Below, piece after piece: positions 55,644 to 64,000 of a DNA stretch of 64,000 nucleotides. The stretch is from contig JAWKWL010000006.1 in the NCBI GenBank assembly GCA_041397525.1, forward strand, positions 191,064-255,063, written 5' to 3'. The notes beneath the pieces were generated by a model, which was given only the letters and a program-made list of their open reading frames with translations, did not search any database and had not been told where the DNA came from. Numbering within the stretch: position 1 is the stretch's first letter; every line of letters starts with the position of its first letter. This DNA comes from Nitratireductor sp. (GTDB lineage Bacteria > Pseudomonadota > Alphaproteobacteria > Rhizobiales > Rhizobiaceae). Both the position numbers and the translations under genes were made by a program.

Positions 55644-57638
55644 ATGGACATCGAGACCACGCAAAGACAGTTGTCGGGACAAACGCCCGAGCGAAAGGGC
55701 CGCGATGCGGGGGAAGACAGACCCGGCAGGTCGGAAACACGTGCGGATGACGGACCACGGGATTTGGCAACCGGACACCCTTCTGCGCCGAGCCCATCAT
55801 CGGCTGATCCGGCAGCAATGGCTGCTGCAACCAGAGGCGGCCGGGCGAGCCAGGCAAGACCGGGCAGTGGTGCCAATCCCAAGGCAAAGCGCGGATTGGC
55901 AGCCCGATTGGTGCGCATCATCAGGCTGGTTTTCTTTTCTTCGCTGACAAGACGTATCGTATTTCTCAACCTTGCAGCCCTTGCGGTCCTGCTTTCGGGG
56001 ATTCTCTATCTCAACCAGTTTCGCGAGGGCTTGATCGACGCACGTGTTGAAAGCCTGCTCATCCAGGGCAGGATCATTGCGGGAGCAATCGCGTCCTCGG
56101 CAACGGTCGACACCAACACGATCATGGTGGATCCGGAAAAACTGATCGAGATGCAGGCAGGCGAGAGCATCTCGCCCAAGGTCGATTCCTTCGACACACT
56201 CGAAAGCCCGATCAAGCCGGAACGGGTGGCACCAATTCTGAGAACACTGATCCAGCCGACAAGCACACGCGCACGCATTTATGACCGTGACGGCATATTG
56301 CTGCTGGATTCGCGACACCTTTATGCCGGCGGGCAGATATTGCGCTACGACCTCCAACCGCTCAACACACCGAAAGAGGAGGGAATGATATCGCGGATCG
56401 GGGCACTGCTGAACAAGGTCCTGCAACGCCGCGATCTGCCGGTTTATCAGGAACTTGCTGGAACAGGCACCGGATATCCTGAAGTCATGAAGGCGATGTC
56501 GGGTTCGCCAAGCACCATCGTGCGCATGTCGAACCAGGGCGAATTGATCGTTTCGGTTGCGGTACCCGTGCAACGGTTCCGTGCTGTCCTTGGTGTCTTG
56601 CTGTTGTCCACGCAAGGCGGCGACATCGACCGGATCGTGACTGAGGAGCGTATTGCGATCATGCGCGTGTTCCTGGTTGCCGGAGCCGTACTGACGCTCC
56701 TGTCGATCTTGCTGGCAAGCACCATCGCCACACCATTGCGAAAGCTGGCCGATGCCGCGGTAAGGGTCCGCCATGGAGTGAAGACACGGGTGCAGATCCC
56801 CGATTTCTCGAACCGGCAGGACGAGATCGGCAATCTTTCGCAAACATTGCGGGACATGACCAATGCGCTCTACGCCCGAATCGAGGCCATCGAGAGCTTT
56901 GCCGCGGATGTCAGTCACGAGTTGAAAAACCCGTTGACCTCGTTGCGCAGCGCCGTTGAAACGCTGCCACTGGCAAAAACCGACAATTCCCGCAATCGGC
57001 TGATGGAAATCATCCAGCACGATGTGCGCCGTCTTGACCGCCTTATTACCGATATTTCCGATGCATCGAGGCTGGATGCGGAACTGGCACGCGAGGATTC
57101 AAAACCGGTCAATCTGGCGCGACTGCTCGAGAATGTCGTTGCAATGCGCAAGGCCGTGGCGCCGGGCAGGAAAGCCGTGGATATCCGAGTTGACATCACA
57201 AGGGAGCGCGGGGCCAATGCCTATGCGCTGCTTGGCCATGACGGCCGACTTGGTCAGGTAATCAACAACCTGCTGGACAATGCACGTTCCTTCGTACCCG
57301 AGACCGGTGGCCAGGTAGACGTGGCCATGCGCCGGGTCGATGACATGATTGAAGTCACCATTGCCGACAACGGGCCGGGAATTCGCGCCGAGAAAATCGA
57401 GCGCATCTTCGAGCGGTTTTATACCGACCGTCCGGACGAAGAGAGCTTCGGCCAGAATTCAGGGCTCGGACTTTCGATCTCAAAACAGATCATCGAGGCA
57501 CATGGCGGCACGATTACCGCTGAAAACCGCGAACCACCGCAGACCGGGGCGATCTTCACCGTAATGTTGCCCTGGGACAGCACTGCAGAAGTCAAACCAG
57601 ACCGCAAGCGAAGCAGCGGCGGAGGCAGCAGCGCGTGA
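55644..57638 (+). CDS. chvG: sensor histidine kinase ChvG/ExoS/BvrS (N-terminal start uncertain; alternative ATG at 55818)
   Basis: TM1 IVFLNLAALAVLLSGILYLNQF, periplasmic domain, TM2, HAMP, H-box FAADVSHELKNPLTSL, N and G boxes. Confidence 0.85.
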   Translation: MDIETTQRQLSGQTPERKGRDAGEDRPGRSETRADDGPRDLATGHPSAPSPSSADPAAMAAATRGGRASQARPGSGANPKAKRGLAARLVRIIRLVFFSSLTRRIVFLNLAALAVLLSGILYLNQFREGLIDARVESLLIQGRIIAGAIASSATVDTNTIMVDPEKLIEMQAGESISPKVDSFDTLESPIKPERVAPILRTLIQPTSTRARIYDRDGILLLDSRHLYAGGQILRYDLQPLNTPKEEGMISRIGALLNKVLQRRDLPVYQELAGTGTGYPEVMKAMSGSPSTIVRMSNQGELIVSVAVPVQRFRAVLGVLLLSTQGGDIDRIVTEERIAIMRVFLVAGAVLTLLSILLASTIATPLRKLADAAVRVRHGVKTRVQIPDFSNRQDEIGNLSQTLRDMTNALYARIEAIESFAADVSHELKNPLTSLRSAVETLPLAKTDNSRNRLMEIIQHDVRRLDRLITDISDASRLDAELAREDSKPVNLARLLENVVAMRKAVAPGRKAVDIRVDITRERGANAYALLGHDGRLGQVINNLLDNARSFVPETGGQVDVAMRRVDDMIEVTIADNGPGIRAEKIERIFERFYTDRPDEESFGQNSGLGLSISKQIIEAHGGTITAENREPPQTGAIFTVMLPWDSTAEVKPDRKRSSGGGSSA

Positions 57639-58093
57639 ACCATCATTGCAGCGTGGTGGAGATTGCCGGCGCGGGGGTCATGATCGAAGGCGCGTCGGGT
57701 AGTGGCAAGACCAGTCTGGCGCTTGGCCTCGTTGATGTTGCACGAAGCCGGGGACTTGAGGCTGCGCTGGTTTGCGATGATCAGGCACTGGTCACCGGCA
57801 AAGGCGGAATCCTGACGGCTTCATGTCCACCAACCATCGAGGGCATGGCGGAAATCCGTGGCTTTGGCATTGCAAGAATGGAACCCCATCTCCCCACCAC
57901 CCACCACACTGCCATCAGACTTGTGGTCCGCCTGGTGGATGACGAATTTGTGGAGCGGATGCCCGAGTCGAAAACAACCGAAATCTGCGGTGTGAGACTC
58001 GCACTGGTTGAATGTCCTGTCCGCCACGAGGCGCAGGGGATACGAATTGTACTGGCGTGGCTGTCGGCATTTGACAAGGGTGTGGCACACTAG
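57635..58093 (+). CDS. hprK: truncated HPr kinase/phosphorylase (C-terminal catalytic domain only)
   Basis: 152 aa with P-loop GASGSGKTSLALGL. GTGA overlap with chvG. This short form is typical of alphaproteobacteria. Confidence 0.8.
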   Translation: MNHHCSVVEIAGAGVMIEGASGSGKTSLALGLVDVARSRGLEAALVCDDQALVTGKGGILTASCPPTIEGMAEIRGFGIARMEPHLPTTHHTAIRLVVRLVDDEFVERMPESKTTEICGVRLALVECPVRHEAQGIRIVLAWLSAFDKGVAH

Positions 58094-58284
58094 GATCAAG
58101 ACCTGCTCGCTGGCCGCGACATTAGTGTCCCGCCACAAATGCCCATAACCCGGCTTTTTTCCTTGCACTGCAACAAAATCCGGCCAAGATAGCGGTCCCG
58201 CGCCAAATCTGCCTTTGCAACAGGAGAGGGTTTGCGCGTGAATAGCCTGAAGACCGGAACACCGGCGGCCAGACGGGATGTGAA

Positions 58285-58686
58285 ATGATAGGAATAGTGC
58301 TTGTCACCCATGGCCAACTCGCCAGCGAGTTTCGCCTTGCACTTGAGCATGTGGTGGGACCACAGGAACAGTTTGCAACCATCGCCATCGGACCTGATGA
58401 TGACATGGAACAGCGCCGCCAGGATATTCTGGACGCGGTAGCGGGCGCCGACGACGGTGCCGGTGTAATCATCCTGACAGACATGTTTGGCGGCACGCCG
58501 TCAAATCTGGCGATTTCCGTCATGCAGGCCGGCAGCGTCGAAGTCATTGCCGGGGTAAACCTTCCCATGCTGATAAAGCTCGCAAGTGTCCGATCCGAGA
58601 ATGACATGGAAAAGGCACTCAATGACGCTCAGGAATCGGGCCGCAAATACATCAATGTCGCCAGCCGATTGCTTCAGGGTCAGTGA
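58285..58686 (+). CDS. manX: PTS EIIA(Man)-family protein
   Basis: MIGIVLVTHGQLASEF...ILTDMFGGTPSN, 133 aa. Confidence 0.8.
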   Translation: MIGIVLVTHGQLASEFRLALEHVVGPQEQFATIAIGPDDDMEQRRQDILDAVAGADDGAGVIILTDMFGGTPSNLAISVMQAGSVEVIAGVNLPMLIKLASVRSENDMEKALNDAQESGRKYINVASRLLQGQ

Positions 58687-58690
58687 AGCC

Positions 58691-58996
58691 GTGATTCCCG
58701 CCGCCAACCCAGTCGCAGGAAACTCAACCGTCAGACGCCAGCTTTCCATTTGCAACAAGCGCGGCCTGCATGCGCGCGCCTCGGCCAAGTTCGTGCAATG
58801 TGTCGAGAAGTTCGATGCCGATGTGACCGTCTCCAAGGACGGGCAAAGTGTTGGCGGAACTTCGATAATGGGACTGATGATGCTTGCCGCGGCCAATGGA
58901 TGCGCGGTTGACGTCAGCGCTACCGGCCCTGACGCCGAAGCTGTGATCGACGCATTGCAGGAACTGGTTGATGGTCAATTCGGCGAAGGCGAATAA
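58691..58996 (+). CDS. ptsH: HPr-family phosphocarrier protein (HPr/NPr)
   Basis: GTG at 58691 in frame with track ORF 58586..58996. ICNKRGLHARASAKFV (active-site His) and GGTSIMGLMMLAA (regulatory Ser region). Confidence 0.75.
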   Translation: MIPAANPVAGNSTVRRQLSICNKRGLHARASAKFVQCVEKFDADVTVSKDGQSVGGTSIMGLMMLAAANGCAVDVSATGPDAEAVIDALQELVDGQFGEGE

Positions 58997-59187
58997 CCCA
59001 TCACTACATTCCCGCATAAAGATTTCTTTATATGATATTGCCAAGATTTGGAATGACTGGTATTGACCGGTAAGCCTCCGCCTGGACCGCAAAGGTCTGG
59101 CGGGGAGAATCATGTTGTCCCGGACGACGGTCTGATGTGCCGTGAATTCCCGGATTCGAAACCCAAACTCTTTTCAGGACATTCACA

Positions 59188-60588
59188 ATGGCCGATACCC
59201 ATGACTACGCCATCCTCGACATGGCGCTTGCAGACTACGGTCGCAAGGAACTCGACATAGCTGAAACCGAAATGCCGGGCCTGATGGCCTGCCGCGAGGA
59301 ATTCGGCACTTCCAAACCGCTGAAAGGCGCGCGGATTTCCGGGTCTCTCCACATGACGATCCAGACCGCCGTGCTGATCGAGACATTGAAGGCACTGGGC
59401 GCAGATGTACGCTGGGCGTCGTGCAACATCTTCTCGACGCAGGATCATGCCGCAGCTGCCATCGCTGCCACTGGAACGCCTGTTTTCGCAGTCAAGGGTG
59501 AAACGCTCGAAGAATACTGGACCTATACCGACCAGATCTTCCAGTGGCCGGATGGCGGATATTCCAACATGATCCTGGATGATGGTGGCGATGCGACCAT
59601 GTATATCCTGCTGGGTGCGCGCGCCGAGGAAGGTGAGGACATCCTGTCAAAGCCGGGTTCTGAAGAAGAGGAATATCTTTTTGCGCAAATCAGGAAGCGC
59701 ATGGCGCAAAGCCCGGGCTGGTTCGTCAAGCAACGCCACGCCATACGCGGCGTGACCGAGGAAACAACCACCGGCGTCAACAGGCTGTATCAACTGCAGA
59801 AGAAGGGCCAGCTTCCCTTCCCGGCGATCAATGTGAACGATTCGGTGACCAAGTCGAAGTTCGACAACAAATATGGCTGCAAGGAATCGCTGGTAGACGG
59901 CATTCGCCGTGCAACCGATGTAATGATGGCTGGCAAGGTCGCGGTCGTTCTTGGCTATGGCGATGTCGGCAAGGGTTCGGCGGCCTCACTGCGCGGCGCC
60001 GGTGCCCGCGTCAAGGTTACGGAAGCTGATCCGATCTGTGCGCTTCAGGCTGCAATGGACGGATTTGAAGTCGTGCAGCTTGAAGATGTTGCCTCCACAG
60101 CAGACATCTTCATCACCGCGACCGGGAACAAGGATGTCATCCGAATCGACCACATGCGGCAGATGAAGGACATGGCGATTGTCGGCAATATCGGCCATTT
60201 CGACAACGAGATCCAGGTCGCCGCGCTCAAGAACCAGAAATGGACCAACATCAAGCCGCAGGTCGACATGATCGAATTTCCAGGTGGAAACCGCATGATC
60301 CTGCTTTCGGAAGGTCGCCTGCTCAATCTCGGCAATGCGACCGGTCATCCAAGCTTTGTGATGTCAGCATCCTTCACCAACCAGGTGCTGGCGCAGATCG
60401 AGCTTTTTGCCAAGGGCGACAACTATCGCAATGAGGTCTATGTCCTGCCGAAGCACCTCGATGAAAAGGTCGCAAAGCTGCATCTCGACAAACTGGGAGC
60501 CCGCCTGACCGAGCTTTCAGCAGAACAGGCCGAATATATTGGCGTTGGGAAGAATGGTCCCTTCAAGCCGGAACACTACCGGTATTAA
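59188..60588 (+). CDS. ahcY: adenosylhomocysteinase
   Basis: 466 aa: [48 protein letters not shown]. Confidence 0.95.
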   Translation: MADTHDYAILDMALADYGRKELDIAETEMPGLMACREEFGTSKPLKGARISGSLHMTIQTAVLIETLKALGADVRWASCNIFSTQDHAAAAIAATGTPVFAVKGETLEEYWTYTDQIFQWPDGGYSNMILDDGGDATMYILLGARAEEGEDILSKPGSEEEEYLFAQIRKRMAQSPGWFVKQRHAIRGVTEETTTGVNRLYQLQKKGQLPFPAINVNDSVTKSKFDNKYGCKESLVDGIRRATDVMMAGKVAVVLGYGDVGKGSAASLRGAGARVKVTEADPICALQAAMDGFEVVQLEDVASTADIFITATGNKDVIRIDHMRQMKDMAIVGNIGHFDNEIQVAALKNQKWTNIKPQVDMIEFPGGNRMILLSEGRLLNLGNATGHPSFVMSASFTNQVLAQIELFAKGDNYRNEVYVLPKHLDEKVAKLHLDKLGARLTELSAEQAEYIGVGKNGPFKPEHYRY

Positions 60589-60617
60589 TTTATTAACCAA
60601 TACCCACAACATATTGA

Positions 60618-60654
60618 GGTTGCTGGATTGACAAGTCCGGCAACCTTTCTTTTT
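60618..60654 (+). terminator. intrinsic terminator of ahcY
   Basis: GGTTGCTGGA-TTGACAAG-TCCGGCAACC (10-bp stem with one G-U pair) followed by TTTCTTTTT. Confidence 0.75.
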
Positions 60655-60924
60655 GCGTCAAAAACGCTTCCGGGCGATTCGTGAATTGGGTAAGGTTGAG
60701 AGAATCATTGAGTGTTCCAGAGGTGTTGCGAGGCGCTGAAAAGGGACCGGAAACCGGCAGGGCAGTCTCGGGAATTCGAGCGGCGAGAGGACCAGGACAT
60801 GCCAGGGGAAGCCCCCCAAACCGGCTTTCATGCCGACGAAAACGCTGTGCCATCAGCGTCAACCTTTTGTTGTGCGCATTCGACTGACGCGCTGGCAAGT
60901 CCGGCTGCCAGCACTGTGCGTGTC

Positions 60925-63414
60925 ATGTCCCGCAGACCAATGCTAGCGCGAGTGCTGCGCAGAATGTCAGCGGGCATTTCCGGCCTCGCGCTGGCAGCGA
61001 GCGGTTGCCTCGACATCGCAGTCGCGGAGACGGCTGACGGCAACACGTTTCTGGGCGGCATTTTCACATCCACCGAAATCATGCTTCTTGCCGTTTTTGG
61101 CGGAGCCATGAGTTTTGCCCTGATGTCGGCATCGTGGCTCATCCGGGAGCGGACCCGGATCAATAGCGAAAATTCCGATCTGCGCTCGCGTCTTGCAGAC
61201 TTGCGCGCCACGCATGAGCGGGTCGAATCGCTGGTCAATGCCACCGACCAGCGAATCGTGGTCTGGAAGGGCAATGACGGATCGCCGATCCTTTTTGGCG
61301 GGCTGGGCTCCGCCTGCGGCGCGCCATCTGACCACGAAAGCTTCCTCGCATTCGGACGATGGCTCAATGGCGATACGGCGATCAGTTTCGAGGGCGCGCT
61401 GAAGCGGCTGCGCAACTCGGCTGAAGCCTTTGACCTGCCGCTGGTTACGCGAAAGGGTGGCGTGCTGGAAGCACAGGGCCGCACTTCCGGTGGACACGCC
61501 TTTGTGCGTTTCATCGAGCTGTCGGGAGAGCGCTCGCTGCTCGCCCAGCTTGAAGCGGACCACGCCAGGCTGATGTCAAGTTTCGACACCATCCAGAAAC
61601 TCTTCGAGGCGATGGACAGCCCGGTCTGGCTGAAGGATTCGGCCGGCCAGTTGTACTGGACGAATACCGCCTATGCGAAGGCCGTCGACCGCAGTGATTG
61701 CGAAGCCGTTATCCGCGACGGCGTACGGCTGCTCGACAGTGCCGAGCGAATGGAGGTCGAACGCAAGCAGCGGGAGACTGGTCTCTTCAACGGTTCCCTG
61801 CCGGCAATTGTCTCCGGCGACCGCAAGCATCTTCACGTCACGGAAATCGCCACGCGCTCCGGCAATGCGGGCATAGCCATCGACCGCAGCGAGGTGGAAG
61901 CGATTCGTGGCACGCTGAAACAGACGATTGCCAGCCATGCGCAAACGCTCGATCATCTGGCCACTGCCATCGCCATGTTTGATGTGCGTCAGAGGCTGCA
62001 ATTCTATAATTCGGCATTCCAGAAGCTTTGGGGTCTTCAGCCGGCGTTCCTCGATGCCCAGCCAACCAATGCACAGGTACTTGACGCCATTCGCGCCGAA
62101 CGAAAACTGCCAGAAATGCCGGACTGGAGGAAATGGCGGGAGACACAGCTGGAAATCTACCGGGCGCTGGAGGCCAATGAGGACTGGTGGTACCTCCCGG
62201 ACGGACAGACATTGCGTGTCGTCGTGAACCCGCATTCGCATGGTGGTGTCACCTGGGTCTTCGAGAATGTCACGGAGCAACTGGCATTGGAAAGCAATTA
62301 CAATGCACTGATGCGGGTACAGGGTGAAACCCTGGATCACCTGAGCGAGGCAGTTGCCGTGTTCGGATCCGACGGAAAACTGCGGCTTTGCAATCCGGCC
62401 TTTGCGAACCAGTTCAGGCTGGAGCGGAAGCTGGTATCGCAGGGCACCCATATCACGCGGCTGACAGAGCCCTGCAAGAAGCGGCTGGCGAACCCTGCGC
62501 AATGGGACGACATCACCGAGGGGGTTACTGCCTATGACGATGAACGTGGTGACCTGAAAGGCCGGATCGAGACACTGGATGGTTCGATCCTCGACTACAG
62601 TCTTGTCAGGCTGCCGGAGGGGCAGACCATGATGACTGTCTCGGATTCAACAGCGGCAGTGAATATCGAACGCGCGCTGAAGGAGCGCAACGAAGCGCTG
62701 GAACAATCGGATCACCTGAAGAACCAGTTCATCCAGCACGTCTCCTACGAATTGCGGGCACCACTTACCAACATCTCCGGCTTCTCCGAAATGCTCGGAT
62801 CGAACGGCACCGGTGCACTCAACGACAAGCAGCTCGAATATGTCGGCTATATCAGTACTTCCGCCGACACACTGAAAACCATCATTGATGACATTCTTGA
62901 TCTTGCGACAATTGACGCTGGAGCGATGACGCTGGAGCGGGTTGCATGCGATCTTGAAGCCATCATTTCCGATACAGTGGAAGGTTTGGAGAACAGGCTG
63001 ACCCAGCACAGCATCAAGGTCACTACCGACATTGGCACAGGTGCAAACCGGATTGTTGCGGACCCTGAACGGCTGTCGCAGATACTTGCCAATCTTATCG
63101 TCAATGCGATCAGTTTCTCTCCCGATGGCGGCACCGTTGCCATTGCGGCTCGCAAATCCGCCGGAATGCAGGAAATCTCCGTATGCGACGAGGGACCGGG
63201 TGTGCCGAAGAGCGAGCGCAGTCGCATCTTCGGAAGGTTCGAAAGCCGGTCCTCCGCAAACCGCCGGAAGGGGGCAGGTCTCGGGCTTTCCATCGTCAAG
63301 AGTTTCGTTGAACTGCATGGCGGCACAGTGCATGTCGAGGATGCGGGTCAGCGCGGTGCCCGGTTTGTTTGCCGGTTCCCGATCGTGCGCGATGCCACCA
63401 AAGTTGCGGCCTGA
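60925..63414 (+). CDS. membrane-associated multi-PAS sensor histidine kinase (start uncertain: 60712, 60799 or 60925)
   Basis: Hydrophobic segments (ISGLALAASG; IMLLAVFGGAMSFALMSASWLI), PAS-like repeats, H-box QFIQHVSYELRAPLTNI, N box ANLIVNAISFSP, G boxes DEGPGV and GAGLGLSIV. Confidence 0.8.
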   Translation: MSRRPMLARVLRRMSAGISGLALAASGCLDIAVAETADGNTFLGGIFTSTEIMLLAVFGGAMSFALMSASWLIRERTRINSENSDLRSRLADLRATHERVESLVNATDQRIVVWKGNDGSPILFGGLGSACGAPSDHESFLAFGRWLNGDTAISFEGALKRLRNSAEAFDLPLVTRKGGVLEAQGRTSGGHAFVRFIELSGERSLLAQLEADHARLMSSFDTIQKLFEAMDSPVWLKDSAGQLYWTNTAYAKAVDRSDCEAVIRDGVRLLDSAERMEVERKQRETGLFNGSLPAIVSGDRKHLHVTEIATRSGNAGIAIDRSEVEAIRGTLKQTIASHAQTLDHLATAIAMFDVRQRLQFYNSAFQKLWGLQPAFLDAQPTNAQVLDAIRAERKLPEMPDWRKWRETQLEIYRALEANEDWWYLPDGQTLRVVVNPHSHGGVTWVFENVTEQLALESNYNALMRVQGETLDHLSEAVAVFGSDGKLRLCNPAFANQFRLERKLVSQGTHITRLTEPCKKRLANPAQWDDITEGVTAYDDERGDLKGRIETLDGSILDYSLVRLPEGQTMMTVSDSTAAVNIERALKERNEALEQSDHLKNQFIQHVSYELRAPLTNISGFSEMLGSNGTGALNDKQLEYVGYISTSADTLKTIIDDILDLATIDAGAMTLERVACDLEAIISDTVEGLENRLTQHSIKVTTDIGTGANRIVADPERLSQILANLIVNAISFSPDGGTVAIAARKSAGMQEISVCDEGPGVPKSERSRIFGRFESRSSANRRKGAGLGLSIVKSFVELHGGTVHVEDAGQRGARFVCRFPIVRDATKVAA

Positions 63415-63429
63415 AAACACGGCGGCAAG

Positions 63430-64000
63430 ATGGTGAACGCACCAATTCATCTCAGGGACGAGGGGGCGACCAACAGGTTGGGCGAAGACATTGCCCTCGC
63501 GCTGCGGCGTGGCGACGCGCTCTGCCTGCATGGTGATCTTGGTGCGGGCAAGACCTGCCTGGCACGCGCGATCATCCGCACCATCAGCGGCGATCCCGGC
63601 ATGGAGGTGCCGAGTCCGACCTATACGCTGTGCCAAAGCTATGACGGGGAACTTCCGCTCAACCATTTTGACCTGTACCGGCTTTCCGGCGAAGATGAGC
63701 TCACGGAACTCGGCTTCGATGAGGCAAAGGACGAGGGCGTTGTCATCGTCGAGTGGCCGGAGCGGGCAATCAGTGCCATGCCCGGGGAAGCGCTGCACAT
63801 CCATATCAGTATTACAGAGGATGGCGCGCGGGATGTCCGGTTTCAGCCATACGACAATGAACTTGCTGATCGCGTAAGGCGAAGTCTTGCCATACGGGCA
63901 TTTCTCGGCCGGAACTGGGGCGAAGCAGCAACGAGACAACGTTTCCAGGGTGATGCGTCGGCGCGCCGGTATGAACTGGTTCGCCTTGGTGAAGAGGTGC
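63430..64000 (+). CDS. tsaE: tRNA t6A37 ATPase TsaE, apparently fused to a downstream kinase-like domain; partial (runs off window)
   Basis: Absent from the track. My translation from ATG at 63430 gives MVNAPIHLRDEGATNRLGEDIALALRRGDALCLHGDLGAGKTCLARAII...SPTYTL...HFDLYRL...VVIVEWPE. It then continues without a stop past about 150 aa into ...RQRFQGDASARRYELVRLGEEV. Confidence 0.8.
   Translation, partial: MVNAPIHLRDEGATNRLGEDIALALRRGDALCLHGDLGAGKTCLARAIIRTISGDPGMEVPSPTYTLCQSYDGELPLNHFDLYRLSGEDELTELGFDEAKDEGVVIVEWPERAISAMPGEALHIHISITEDGARDVRFQPYDNELADRVRRSLAIRAFLGRNWGEAATRQRFQGDASARRYELVRLGEEV

Noticed and set aside
55797-57020. 407-aa minus-strand ORF
   Set aside because: It is antisense to chvG. 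Its composition (Arg/Cys/His/Gln-rich) is typical of a reverse-frame artefact.
58997-59187. SAH riboswitch upstream of ahcY
   Set aside because: The leader has one imperfect hairpin (CGCCTGGACC-GCAAA-GGTCTGGCG). It lacks the conserved SAH-element core that I remember (AGGAGCG...AACGGCGCUC pseudoknot). I have no basis for a call without an Infernal scan.
62647-63939. 430-aa minus-strand ORF
   Set aside because: It is antisense to the histidine kinase and tsaE, both with strong motifs. It has no SD and no recognisable domain.

Overview
This is a high-GC alphaproteobacterial chromosome segment of about 60% GC (estimated by eye, not computed). Its gene order is typical of Hyphomicrobiales/Rhizobiales. 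Two conserved housekeeping blocks frame it: ptsN-hpf-rpoN-lptB-lptA-lptC at 1.9-8.4 kb, and pckA / chvI-chvG-hprK-EIIA(Man)-HPr-ahcY followed by a PAS histidine kinase and tsaE at 52.7-64 kb. Between them lie: (i) a BigR-type ArsR regulator with a YeeE/YedE gene, and hsp20-DUF1150; (ii) an iolC-iolB-class II aldolase module with two Gfo/Idh/MocA oxidoreductases; (iii) a translationally coupled 7.5-kb minus-strand operon, which I read as the aerobic CoA-dependent anthranilate pathway, divergent from kynA-kynU; (iv) a visibly AT-richer seven-gene CDP-sugar modification/transfer island ending at the 3' end of tRNA-Arg(CCG); (v) aminotransferase, DUF427, LysE and polA; (vi) a rearranged accessory patch at 40.6-46.5 kb. 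That patch holds a DsbA-like isomerase, a twice-frameshifted LAS-type peptidase pseudogene, a truncated and frameshifted OsmC copy fused to a 3' remnant of a second isomerase gene, an uncharacterised four-gene membrane/periplasmic FAD-oxidoreductase operon, and an intact OsmC copy. An orphan structured RNA with an intrinsic terminator lies at 46.75-46.86 kb. I saw no CRISPR array, transposase, integrase or recognisable defence system. Most long antisense ORFs in the track are high-GC artefacts. All functional calls rest on my recognition of motifs and synteny; no searches were run.
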